DNA of 63,792 bases, counting the filler, from an uncultured bacterium (lineage in GTDB: Bacteria; Latescibacterota; UBA2968): the NCBI GenBank assembly GCA_964471275.1. It is 4 parts of 4 records of this genome, joined end to end, with 100 filler letters (N's around TTAATTAATTAA, not from the genome) between each part and the next. Parts side by side here need not be neighbours in the genome. Positions count along the whole stretch, not along the records: positions 34,922 to 52,250 come from CAYYGZ010000084.1; positions 52,351 to 63,792 come from CAYYGZ010000156.1; 2 more parts are not named here. One strand, 5' to 3'. The notes beneath the pieces are model-generated. The model was not told the origin of the DNA. It saw only the letters and a list, made by a program, of their open reading frames with translations, and ran no database searches. This document shows positions 49,468-58,171 of the stretch, in pieces. A program made the position numbers and the translations under genes. Position 1 is the first letter of the stretch. Every line of letters begins with the position of its first letter.

Positions 49468-51387
49468 CTACCACCAGTGGACCGAGTGGCCGGAGCCGGG
49501 GAAGAACAGGAGGTCGACCACACTCGACAATGCCACGCCGGCGGCATATCCCGCGACAAGCCCGACGAAGAGCGGGATGCCCCGCTGGAATGCGTTCATG
49601 CCGCCCATACGAAGTAACGATGCCTTGATGGCCCAGGCGATGAAGAACGTCGAGAATTGGTGAGGGACGAGAGGGACGGCGAAGCCGATAGGGTTCAGAC
49701 GCCACCAGGGGAGCTTGAAGCGCATCGCCATCATGGCTGCCATCGCGACCCCTCCGATGGCCAGGATTGAGAGGCGGTCGATGTCGACGGGCCAATGGTT
49801 GTTCATCCGGAAGACAACCCGATGGTAGGAGCGACGAGCGTAATAGGTGTAGGTGTAGGAGCTGAAGTTGTATGCACCGTTCTCGTAACCCAACCAGATG
49901 GCGTAAAGGATCGACAGGAGATAGGCCGTGGCCAGAGCCAACAAAACGCCGACCAGGAGATGCGTGGGGTTCAGATGACCGCGGATTCTCTGAAGCATGG
50001 TCAGATGAGACATGACCATGCCGCTGTTATATCCCTCGAAGTTCCTGGTATAGGTCAACATCAGGATGGACGCAGGCCGCATTGACGCGGTACCGACGGT
50101 CGCAACTGTAAAGGCTTCCGAACCAAAGGGGCTCTGCAGATACGGAAGACCGAGTTCCGCGCTCATCTTGGAGATGCCGATGTAGGAGACCATCAGCGCG
50201 AACACGAATGTCGCCGCCATGAACGTGTCGACTCCAGCCGCGATCAGCCAGAGAACGCCATAGGTGATGCCGCCGACGATCAGCTGGATCGCGCCTCTCG
50301 AAGACACGAGTTCGGGATCCTGTCGCGGCCGGTTCCGTCTGGCCTCATCGATGACCTGGTGGATTCTGTCCCGAGCGTTCCAGACGGCCCACGCAACATA
50401 GACCAGGAAGGCCCCCGCCGTCTGCCAGCTGATTAAGGCGCTTGATGCGCCGGGATGGTTGGCGCCGCCACCGACAGGGAGCGTGTAGCCGATTCTGGTC
50501 GCCACGATGATTTCGAAATGCTTGGCCACGAAGAACACGATCGTGCTGACCAGGATTTCGACGCTCGCGAAGTAGGACAGGCCAAGCGTCAGGAGGTTGA
50601 TCTGCTTGGTGAAGACGTTGATACCGCCGGAGACGAGCTGCATCCAGCCGCTGTTCAGATCTATCCGGGGTATCTGATCGTTGAAGAATGTCGGGATGTT
50701 CCAAGCGAGAACACCGAAGGATATGGCGAAGCCAACCCAGAACAGCGGGAACCTTCCTGATGACGCCTTCAACAGGTTCTGTCGGTCACCCGCAAGGATC
50801 TGGAGCGGCACCATCATCGGGTAAGTCAGCTTCTCGTTCTCCATCCACTGCTTGCGGAAGATGGACGACAGCCCGAGTGACGCGGCGATGAAAGCGAGCC
50901 CGACGGACGCCCAGCTGAGCATCGGTCGAAACCAGATGCCCCAAGGCAGGTCTCTCGTGTCCGGGAGTCCTTCGTGGAACCATCGTACTCCTTGGCTGTC
51001 CATCGGTACGATCCAGGGCTTCAGATACGGATGAAACGAGTCCCACTGATTCTCCGGTGTTGCGAAGTATACGGGCATCGACCAGGAGCCCATGATGTAG
51101 CTCATCAGGCCGTCACCGGGGATGAAGCTGGACCCGAGTATCATCGATGTAAGGAGGATTAGGCGGTTGCGTGTCAGGAGGCCGGGCCGAAGAGCTCGGA
51201 CTGCCACGAGGACCAGGAAGATGGCCATCACGGCGACGGGCAGGTTATGGTTCAGGTTGAGCCGGGATGACCGGAGGATGTACTGGTTGTAGATGATCCA
51301 GACGGCCATGAGTCCGACCAGCCCGAGACCGACGATGATGGTCGCTGCTGACGCGTAGGTGGACTCTTTGTTGTTGTGTGATTCCAA
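49468..51387 (-). CDS. DUF6785/DUF6784 multi-pass membrane protein (putative transporter)
   Basis: YFATPENQW, W..P...W, RKQWMENEKLTYP, WWRLNPIGF and P.FVGL..G motifs; TTG start after an AAGGGG RBS. Confidence 0.82.
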   Translation of the reverse strand: MESHNNKESTYASAATIIVGLGLVGLMAVWIIYNQYILRSSRLNLNHNLPVAVMAIFLVLVAVRALRPGLLTRNRLILLTSMILGSSFIPGDGLMSYIMGSWSMPVYFATPENQWDSFHPYLKPWIVPMDSQGVRWFHEGLPDTRDLPWGIWFRPMLSWASVGLAFIAASLGLSSIFRKQWMENEKLTYPMMVPLQILAGDRQNLLKASSGRFPLFWVGFAISFGVLAWNIPTFFNDQIPRIDLNSGWMQLVSGGINVFTKQINLLTLGLSYFASVEILVSTIVFFVAKHFEIIVATRIGYTLPVGGGANHPGASSALISWQTAGAFLVYVAWAVWNARDRIHQVIDEARRNRPRQDPELVSSRGAIQLIVGGITYGVLWLIAAGVDTFMAATFVFALMVSYIGISKMSAELGLPYLQSPFGSEAFTVATVGTASMRPASILMLTYTRNFEGYNSGMVMSHLTMLQRIRGHLNPTHLLVGVLLALATAYLLSILYAIWLGYENGAYNFSSYTYTYYARRSYHRVVFRMNNHWPVDIDRLSILAIGGVAMAAMMAMRFKLPWWRLNPIGFAVPLVPHQFSTFFIAWAIKASLLRMGGMNAFQRGIPLFVGLVAGYAAGVALSSVVDLLFFPGSGHSVHWW

Positions 51388-51462
51388 AAACGCACCCCTT
51401 TCCGAACCAATGAATATACAAGAATGGACATCCGAGAGCGCTGGATTGACTAGGAGGATCTG

Positions 51463-52250
51463 ATGTCGAACCGAATCAACCGGGCAGTAGAGCTTCTGTC
51501 GCTGGATCAGACGATCTACTACACCGGGGCACATACGGGGCACGTGCTGACGTTTGAGCAGGGCAGGGAAGACGCGACTACGTGGGCAGACTACATTAAC
51601 GTCGGCATGGAACACGGCTGTTTCGATATGACAGGGCTGGCCAATTACATGAAAGGTCTCGCTACCGGTGGACCTACAAGAAGCGGACATCGGACGCCGA
51701 CGGTGATCGTAGAGGTTCCGGTCGACGGCTCCTCGGAAGCCGTTATTCGGGCGAATGCTTGGCAGTTTCGTCAGATCCTTGCGCGCGGTGTGCACGGCCT
51801 TCTGCTGTGCATGGTCCAGTCTGCCGATGCCGTACGGGCATTTGTCGAAGAGTGCAGGTATCCGATCAACCGGCAAGGTGTCGGGTATGGGCTTGAGGAG
51901 GGGCGGCGTGGGGTCGGGTCGGAGACGACGGCGACAGAGATTTGGGGGTGCTCGCGTGATGAATATCTCGACAAGGCGGATCCGTGGCCTTTGAATCCGG
52001 ACGGGGAACNNNNNNNNNNTGTCGGTGACCGAGCAGTGTCTCAGAGTGCCGGGAATCGGGTTTGCTGAAATGGGGCCGGGAGACCTGAGTATGTCGCTGG
52101 GCTACAAGACGCGGCCAAACCCGCTGCCATCAGAGATGGTCGAAGCGCGGGAACGTGTGAAGGATGCGTGCAAGGAGAATGGTGTCGCGTTCCTGTCGGG
52201 GTGTACGCCGGAAACGATCAAGGAACGGATCGATGAAGGCGTTCGGATCG
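51463..52250 (+). CDS. HpcH/HpaI aldolase family protein (internal N gap, 3' truncated)
   Basis: MEHG.FD, QILARGVHG, CRYP, WPLNPDGE; continues after the gap as VPGIGFAEMGPGDLSMSLG. Confidence 0.85.
52010..52019. other. Scaffold gap (10 N)
   Basis: N run inside the aldolase gene. Confidence 0.99.
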
Positions 52251-52350
52251 NNNNNNNNNNNNNNNNNNNNNNNNNNNNNNNNNNNNNNNNNNNNTTAATT
52301 AATTAANNNNNNNNNNNNNNNNNNNNNNNNNNNNNNNNNNNNNNNNNNNN
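52251..52350. other. Artificial contig linker
   Basis: N run containing TTAATTAATTAA. Confidence 0.99.
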
Positions 52351-53191
52351 TCTTAATGCTCTCCACAAAACTCCCGCGCTTCGGACTCACCAGGCGTCCC
52401 CCTTCACCCCGCTCGACTTTCGCGAACGCATCGTGGTTGTGGATCGACTCGAAGTTGTTGATCTCCGCGTAGTACCAGGCGATGCGGCCCAGGTTCAGCA
52501 TATCCGTCAGGTTGCCGGAGACATCGCGCACGATATCCTCGACGAACTTGGGATTGTCATACGCGCGCTCGGTCACATACTTCTCATCGGGACGTTTCAG
52601 CACCGGGTAGAGTTCGCACGAGCCTGACTTCTCTGCGATATCGATCAGATCCTCGAACCAGATGTGCTCATCTTCGGCCGGTCGAACATCAATCGAAACC
52701 TCGGACCGCTGGTTGTGCGCCCCCCGCTCGCTGATCTCCTTGCTGCAGGGACAGAGACTCGCAACGTTGGCCCTCACGCCGATCAGCTTGTCGTGCTGAC
52801 CATCCTTGTCGATCATTGCTCGCAGGACACATCGGTAGTCGATCAGCCCCTTCTGACCGGTCACGGGCGCGGCGCGGTCCAGGAAGATCGGGAACGTAAG
52901 GTCGACATAGGCTTCAGCCGCATCCAGCCGCTCGAGCAGTTCATCCAGTACGATGTGGACGTTCTCGGGGTGAAAATGGTGATTCCGTTCATTCAGCGCG
53001 ATCATAAACCGCGACATGTGAGTGCCCTTCTGGTAATGGGGCAGACTCACCGTCATAGACACCTCGGCGACGGTACAGAATTCGCCGCCGTCGCGAAGCG
53101 GCAGTGATAGGGGATAGCGGACGTTCGACACGCCCACCTGATCGATTTCGATCCCGCGATCATCCGGAAGTTGCTGTATATCCTTGAGCAT
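52351..53191 (-). CDS. folE2: GTP cyclohydrolase IB (stop codon lies beyond the contig edge)
   Basis: KGTHMSRF, SLCPCSK, AHNQRS, LKRPDEK, FVED and ESIHNHDA motifs. Confidence 0.96.
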
Positions 53192-53282
53192 CGTCCTCGT
53201 TTCCTACACGTTTAAAAAGCTGTAGATTAGCACCGCCTTCTTGGGCGACGTCGCTGTTCACCTGACATAAAGGTCAAAATCC

Positions 53283-54107
53283 TTGATCCAATTTAATGCA
53301 ATTGTCTGGAACGTCGACCCCGACATTGCGCATCTCGGACCGATCACCATCAGATACTACGGGATCCTCTTCGCGCTGTCGTTCTTCCTCGGCTACAACA
53401 TCATGCGGTCGATCTATCAGCGGGAGGGAAAGCCACAATCCAATCTCGAGACGCTCCTCACGTATATGATGGTCGGAACGATCGCCGGCGCCCGCCTCGG
53501 ACACTGTCTATTCTACGATCCGGTATATTACCTCAGCAACTCGCTGAAGATCCTGATGGTGTGGGAGGGCGGGCTCGCAAGCCACGGCGGGGCCATCGGC
53601 ATCCTCTCGGCGCTGTATGTCTACGCCAGAAAGCGACCTGAGCAGCCCTATCTCTGGCTCCTGGACCGTATGGTCATCACCATCGCCCTGGCGGGTCTGT
53701 TCATCCGGCTGGGTAACTTCTTCAACTCCGAGATCCTCGGGATCCCGGCGGACGTGCCCTGGGCGATCATCTTTGATCGAATCGACTCAACGCCCAGACA
53801 TCCAGCCCAATTGTATGAATCGATCGCATACGGGTCGATATTCGTCGGCCTCTACCGGCTCTACGACAAACTCGGGAGCCGAACGCCTGGAGGCTTCCTC
53901 TTCGGACTCTTTCTGACTGCCGTGTTTGGGTTCCGCTTCTTCATTGAATATGTCAAGGAGCGTCAGGCCTCCTACGCATTGGACCTGCCGTTGAGCGTGG
54001 GGCAGCTTCTGAGCGTCCCGCTGATTGTCGCAGGCCTCGTTCTCCTGGTGCGGGCCGTTCAACAGGGCTTCGGCCGGGATGGGCAAACCGGGGAACAGGA
54101 GACGTAA
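53283..54107 (+). CDS. lgt: Prolipoprotein diacylglyceryl transferase
   Basis: RYYG, GARLGH, WEGGLASHGG, RLGNFFNSE and HPAQLYE motifs. Confidence 0.97.
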   Translation: MIQFNAIVWNVDPDIAHLGPITIRYYGILFALSFFLGYNIMRSIYQREGKPQSNLETLLTYMMVGTIAGARLGHCLFYDPVYYLSNSLKILMVWEGGLASHGGAIGILSALYVYARKRPEQPYLWLLDRMVITIALAGLFIRLGNFFNSEILGIPADVPWAIIFDRIDSTPRHPAQLYESIAYGSIFVGLYRLYDKLGSRTPGGFLFGLFLTAVFGFRFFIEYVKERQASYALDLPLSVGQLLSVPLIVAGLVLLVRAVQQGFGRDGQTGEQET

Positions 54108-54517
54108 ACTCCTGTATCTTCTATCTTCCAACCATTTAGACAGGGCAAGCCATTCCAGTGAATGCATCTCATTCTACCTGCGTGGGTTAGCTGTCCCCGG
54201 ATTCCGAACGCCACCGGGCAGAGCCCGGAGGCGAAGGTTCGCCAGGGGCTTCTGTTACCGCGCGACACCCGGTGATCTCTCTCTATTCTCCGCCGCGCTC
54301 GTCGCCGTGCTCCTGCACGGTGATGCCACCGTATGCTAGGTATATGATTTGGTCGTGATGGACGAGTCGAATGACGGGAAACCATAAATTACTGTATTTG
54401 CTTGTCTTTCAACCATCTAGTTGCGCGTGAGAGACCGATATTGTAGATTGTGGCGGTTAGGGAGAGAACCATTGAAGGTCGGCTGAATTCGACCGGACCT
54501 GATCGGAGGACAGACAG

Positions 54518-54682
54518 ATGGCAAAAGCCAAGGGCAACAGGGTGCTCGTAAAGCTGAAAAGCACCGAAAGCAGCCACTACTACCACACGATGAAGAATCG
54601 TCAGAACAATCCGGACCGTATGGAAATCAAGAAATACGATCCGAAGCTCAACAAGCACGTCGTCTACCGGGAAGATCGCTAG
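54518..54682 (+). CDS. rpmG: 50S ribosomal protein L33, Cys-free type
   Basis: Manual translation [62 protein letters not shown]. Confidence 0.95.
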   Translation: MAKAKGNRVLVKLKSTESSHYYHTMKNRQNNPDRMEIKKYDPKLNKHVVYREDR

Positions 54683-54814
54683 ATACTGCTGGCAGCTCCC
54701 TGGCAAGACGGGTGGTTCCGGCCACCCAACCCGATTGGACAATCGCCCCCGTGACCACAGCGTCCGGAGGCGATTTCTGTAACTATGCTCTCCTACCCCC
54801 CACTCAAGATCGGG

Positions 54815-55438
54815 TTACTCAGCCAGGATCTTTCTCGCCACACCCGCCAGGAGTTCGGACGAATCCTCGGGATGTGACAGATACCGCAACGTGCCTTCCT
54901 GATCGATCACGTAGACGAGCGTCGTGTGATCCACCAGATAGCCGACGGCCGTCTCTTCCTCCGACTTGCTGTAATAGACGCCAAAGTCAGCCGCCACCGA
55001 TTTGATCTCTTCAGCCGACCCCGTCAGACCGACAACGGACAGCGTGTAGTACGACAGATACTCCCTCATCGTGTCGACGGTATCCCGCTCTGGATCGACG
55101 CTCACATACACGGTCCGAACGTGCTGGCCGTCGTCTCCGAGCAGGGCGTTCACCCGTGCCAGCTTGGACAGGGTCATCGGACACGCATCCGGACAGGTCG
55201 TGTAACCAAAGAAAAGAAAGATAAGATCGCCCCTCAGCGTCGCAGAATCGAAGGACGCACCATTCTGATCCGTCAACACGAAGTCGCGTCCGAATTCAAG
55301 TTTCCTCAGTTTCGGAAGCACAACGGGCTCCGACACCCCATTTGTCTTGTCGTCCCCCGACGGCTTTGCACTGCAGGAAACCGCAATCAGGACCGCTAGA
55401 ATCGAGCGAGCAATCCAGCCTGTGTGTCCCTCACTCAT
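54815..55438 (-). CDS. SCO1/SenC copper chaperone
   Basis: FFGYTTCPDACP, SVDPERD and Y.VDHT motifs; lipobox VSC. Confidence 0.95.
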   Translation of the reverse strand: MSEGHTGWIARSILAVLIAVSCSAKPSGDDKTNGVSEPVVLPKLRKLEFGRDFVLTDQNGASFDSATLRGDLIFLFFGYTTCPDACPMTLSKLARVNALLGDDGQHVRTVYVSVDPERDTVDTMREYLSYYTLSVVGLTGSAEEIKSVAADFGVYYSKSEEETAVGYLVDHTTLVYVIDQEGTLRYLSHPEDSSELLAGVARKILAE

Positions 55439-55847
55439 TCCTTACTCTCGCCGGTATTGCCAGTTCTCCCGCCCGTTCAAAGGTCAATGTCAGCGGGATG
55501 TCGTTGCCCACCGCGATCGCATACTGCGGTTCGATCAACATCAGATGATATCCTCCACGCTTCAGTGTCAACGTTTCTCCTGCCGCAATCACGAGGGGAC
55601 CGGTCCTTCGCATTCGCATCACGCTCCGGTCGTCAATCGCCATCTCGTGGAGCTCGACAGTCTTGAACCCGGCAGCCGAAACGGAAAGCAGTCGGTCATC
55701 AGCTGAGCCGGTGTTCGTTACGGTGAAGTACCCTGCGGTCACCGACTGTGACGGCAGAACCTTCCTGACCCAGGTGTTTTCTACCTTCATCGGATGATCG
55801 GACGCGCACGACGCAAGCAGCAGGCCGATCAGGCTAATCCATCTCAT
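55431..55847 (-). CDS. Periplasmic copper chaperone PCu(A)C
   Basis: AGYFTVTN..DRL, VELHEM...MRM and GGYHLML motifs; lipobox LASC. Confidence 0.93.
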   Translation of the reverse strand: MRWISLIGLLLASCASDHPMKVENTWVRKVLPSQSVTAGYFTVTNTGSADDRLLSVSAAGFKTVELHEMAIDDRSVMRMRRTGPLVIAAGETLTLKRGGYHLMLIEPQYAIAVGNDIPLTLTFERAGELAIPARVRNE

Positions 55848-56205
55848 GAATCGACACGACATACGCTGCCAGCGTTCTCCTCTCCTCTTCCGGCAGGTGC
55901 GGATACGCGGGCATCCCGACACCCCGGTGTGCCACACCCAGCCGAATCGTCTCTGAAATCGCACCCAATGAGCGCCCGTTCCTGAAAGCATTGACATCGC
56001 GGAAGTCCCGCGGCTTCTGCTTCATCGAGCGTCCCACGGGGCCATCGCCCCGCCCATCCGGACCGTGGCAAACGGCACATCCGTGTCGCGCATACAGGAT
56101 CTTGCCCCTTGCAGCCACCTGATCACAGGAAGCGACACGCTCCTCAGGATCCGAGCAAGCCGCCAGACAGGCAGCAGCGGAAAGGACGATCACCGCCCCA
56201 CGCAA
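55834..56205 (-). CDS. Monohaem cytochrome c lipoprotein
   Basis: Lipobox LAAC, CAVCHG.DGRGDGP, axial Met in GMPAY. Confidence 0.9.
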   Translation of the reverse strand: MRGAVIVLSAAACLAACSDPEERVASCDQVAARGKILYARHGCAVCHGPDGRGDGPVGRSMKQKPRDFRDVNAFRNGRSLGAISETIRLGVAHRGVGMPAYPHLPEEERRTLAAYVVSIHEMD

Positions 56206-56208
56206 CGA

Positions 56209-56565
56209 TCAGTCCCTCCTGCTCAGCATCGGCCCGAGTGATCTACCGCCCAACAGATGCAGATGAATGTGAAACACCTCCTGGCCACCGTGTTCCCTGC
56301 AATTGACCATAAGCCGATACCCATCCTCGGAGATGCCGTCATCCCGCGCGATCTTCGATGCAACCGTCAGCATCCGGCCCAGCACGGCCTCGTCCTCCTC
56401 CGTCACATCATCCATCGTCGGAATCACTCTGTTCGGTATCACCAGCACGTGCGTGGGCGCCTGCGGACTGATGTCACGGAAGGCGGTCACCAGGTCATCC
56501 TGGTAGACGATATCAGCAGGAATTTCCTTGCGGATGATTTTGCTGAAAATGGTTTCTTCGGGCAT
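56209..56565 (-). CDS. hinT: HIT-family nucleotide phosphoramidase
   Basis: [19 protein letters not shown] and [13 protein letters not shown] motifs. Confidence 0.93.
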   Translation of the reverse strand: MPEETIFSKIIRKEIPADIVYQDDLVTAFRDISPQAPTHVLVIPNRVIPTMDDVTEEDEAVLGRMLTVASKIARDDGISEDGYRLMVNCREHGGQEVFHIHLHLLGGRSLGPMLSRRD

Positions 56566-56850
56566 TTTCGAATACGATCACTGATCGGTTGAAGGGCGCG
56601 TGGGGCGTAGAGCAGGGGTCAGGGTACCTGAGCGCTCAAATTGTTCGGTAATCTGATCAAGCCAGATAGACGGCCATAATCCCGCAGACCCGCCTCTAGG
56701 AATCATTCTCAGTATGCCCTGCCGCGCATCCGAAGGCAACATCTCAGATAGGCATCTCCAACCCCGGCTGTACGCGCAGAATAGCCGATTGCCCCGTGCC
56801 ACTTGCCCCACCCTCCCTGCGCCTCTCCAGAATCTCCCCACCTCGCGCAT

Positions 56851-56879
56851 TTGCCCCATACGCCACGAGTATGTATATT
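56851..56879 (+). promoter_or_regulatory. Putative promoter of the RHH regulator
   Basis: TTGCCC-17 bp-TATATT, about 25 nt before the GGAG RBS and ATG. Confidence 0.55.
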
Positions 56880-56904
56880 CTACACACTACCCACGGAGCC
56901 ACGG

Positions 56905-57252
56905 ATGAAACGACTCAACTTTACGCTCGACAACTCGACCGTCGATCTACTCGACACGCTGGCGGATAAATACTATCAGAGCAACAAATCGCGGACGATA
57001 CGAGAGGCCCTCCAGAGCCTGGCCGCCCACATGGGACACGACGGCTGGGTCATCGCCGGATACGCACCGGTGGAGTTGACGGAGGAAGCGGACTGTCACA
57101 CCTGCGGCACGCATCACGAGAAAGGGGATGTCCTCTTTCACCCCGTTTTCGAGAGGGGGAGCAGCCCACGGGCACTCTCCGACCTCCCAAAGGAACACTG
57201 GTTGGACTGTCACGAATGTGTGGAAAAGAACGTCACACCAGAAGAGGCCTAA
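56905..57252 (+). CDS. Ribbon-helix-helix DNA-binding protein fused to a CxxC...CxxC zinc-ribbon-like domain
   Basis: MKRLNFTLD...LLDTLA...NKSRTIREAL (RHH pattern); CHTCG and CHEC motifs. Confidence 0.8.
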   Translation: MKRLNFTLDNSTVDLLDTLADKYYQSNKSRTIREALQSLAAHMGHDGWVIAGYAPVELTEEADCHTCGTHHEKGDVLFHPVFERGSSPRALSDLPKEHWLDCHECVEKNVTPEEA

Positions 57253-57365
57253 GCCGCTTATTTTCTTAGGCTTACAAAGAAAACGCCTCCCACCTTTCCG
57301 AGTCTAGGCAACGTTGGTAGGTTTACACACACCTGAACCATATCGCAAATACTGAACAGAAACCA

Positions 57366-57791
57366 ATGCTCAAGACTGCCCGGACATTAAGCGACAAGGC
57401 CGCGATCCTGATTTCAACAGCGTGCACGGTGCATTGCCTGCTGCTTCCGATCGCCATTGTCGCCTTTCCCGTCCTCGCCTCCACACTCCTCGGCGATGCG
57501 GGCTTCCACACGATTCTGCTCTGGTTCATCCTCCCAACCAGCCTCATCGCCCTCGGTCTCGGATGTCGTGCGCACAAGGACCTACGTGTGTTCGTCTACG
57601 GGTTCATCGGGCTGGGCCTGATCCTTGTCACTGCCATCACCGGTCACAGCTTGTTGAACGAGATGAAAGAGCGGGTCGTGACGATGGTGGGATCAGGCTT
57701 CCTGATCCTCAGTCACATCCGCAACCAGCGTCTCTGCAGTCACGATCACTGCCACGATCACGACGCCATCACCGAATCTCACGATCACTGA
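57366..57791 (+). CDS. MerC-domain membrane protein with His-rich tail
   Basis: DKAAILISTACTVHCLLLP, FH, G..AH, H..N; tail CSHDHCHDH. Confidence 0.88.
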   Translation: MLKTARTLSDKAAILISTACTVHCLLLPIAIVAFPVLASTLLGDAGFHTILLWFILPTSLIALGLGCRAHKDLRVFVYGFIGLGLILVTAITGHSLLNEMKERVVTMVGSGFLILSHIRNQRLCSHDHCHDHDAITESHDH

Positions 57792-57798
57792 TCACACG

Positions 57799-58080
57799 AT
57801 GACCCTACAAAACGCCAGCCGGTCGCCGTTGATCCGACTTGCACTCGGGCTGCTGCTCGTTGCATTCGCCCTTGCTTTCGCTCATAGCGCCGCACCCGAT
57901 CACGAATCGCACCTGGCTGGTTGTGCCGAGTGCGAATGGACCCGCACGCTCACGATCGCCGTATCCACGGTCTTGATCGCACGTGTTCTCCTCTCAAGCC
58001 TCCGCTACCTCCTCGCAGACACAATCCTGCCGGTACCAACACACCTCTGTTCGCCGGGCCGTTCGCCACCTATTCGATAG
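57799..58080 (+). CDS. DUF2946-like small protein / putative arrest leader peptide
   Basis: Signal/TM segment, H..HxxH..CxxC, C-terminal RSPP. Confidence 0.75.
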   Translation: MTLQNASRSPLIRLALGLLLVAFALAFAHSAAPDHESHLAGCAECEWTRTLTIAVSTVLIARVLLSSLRYLLADTILPVPTHLCSPGRSPPIR

Positions 58081-58171
58081 ACGTCACTCGATCACACATC
58101 CGTCAGCCTCAGTCAGATCACCCAGACTAAGGTAAAGTTCCGTGTGCACACGTCCTAACGAAGGAAACACA

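Noticed and set aside
51388..51876. N-terminal extension of the 802-aa ORF
   Set aside because: Antisense overlap with the HpcH aldolase gene; the likely start is the TTG at 51387 with an RBS.
52000..52070. Apparent frameshift in the aldolase gene
   Set aside because: Caused by a 10-N scaffold gap of arbitrary length.
54389..54742. 117-aa minus-strand ORF
   Set aside because: Antisense shadow of rpmG.
57366..57791. Mercury-resistance operon
   Set aside because: MerC domain only, with no merA/merR/merP; the His-rich tail and context indicate essential-metal handling.
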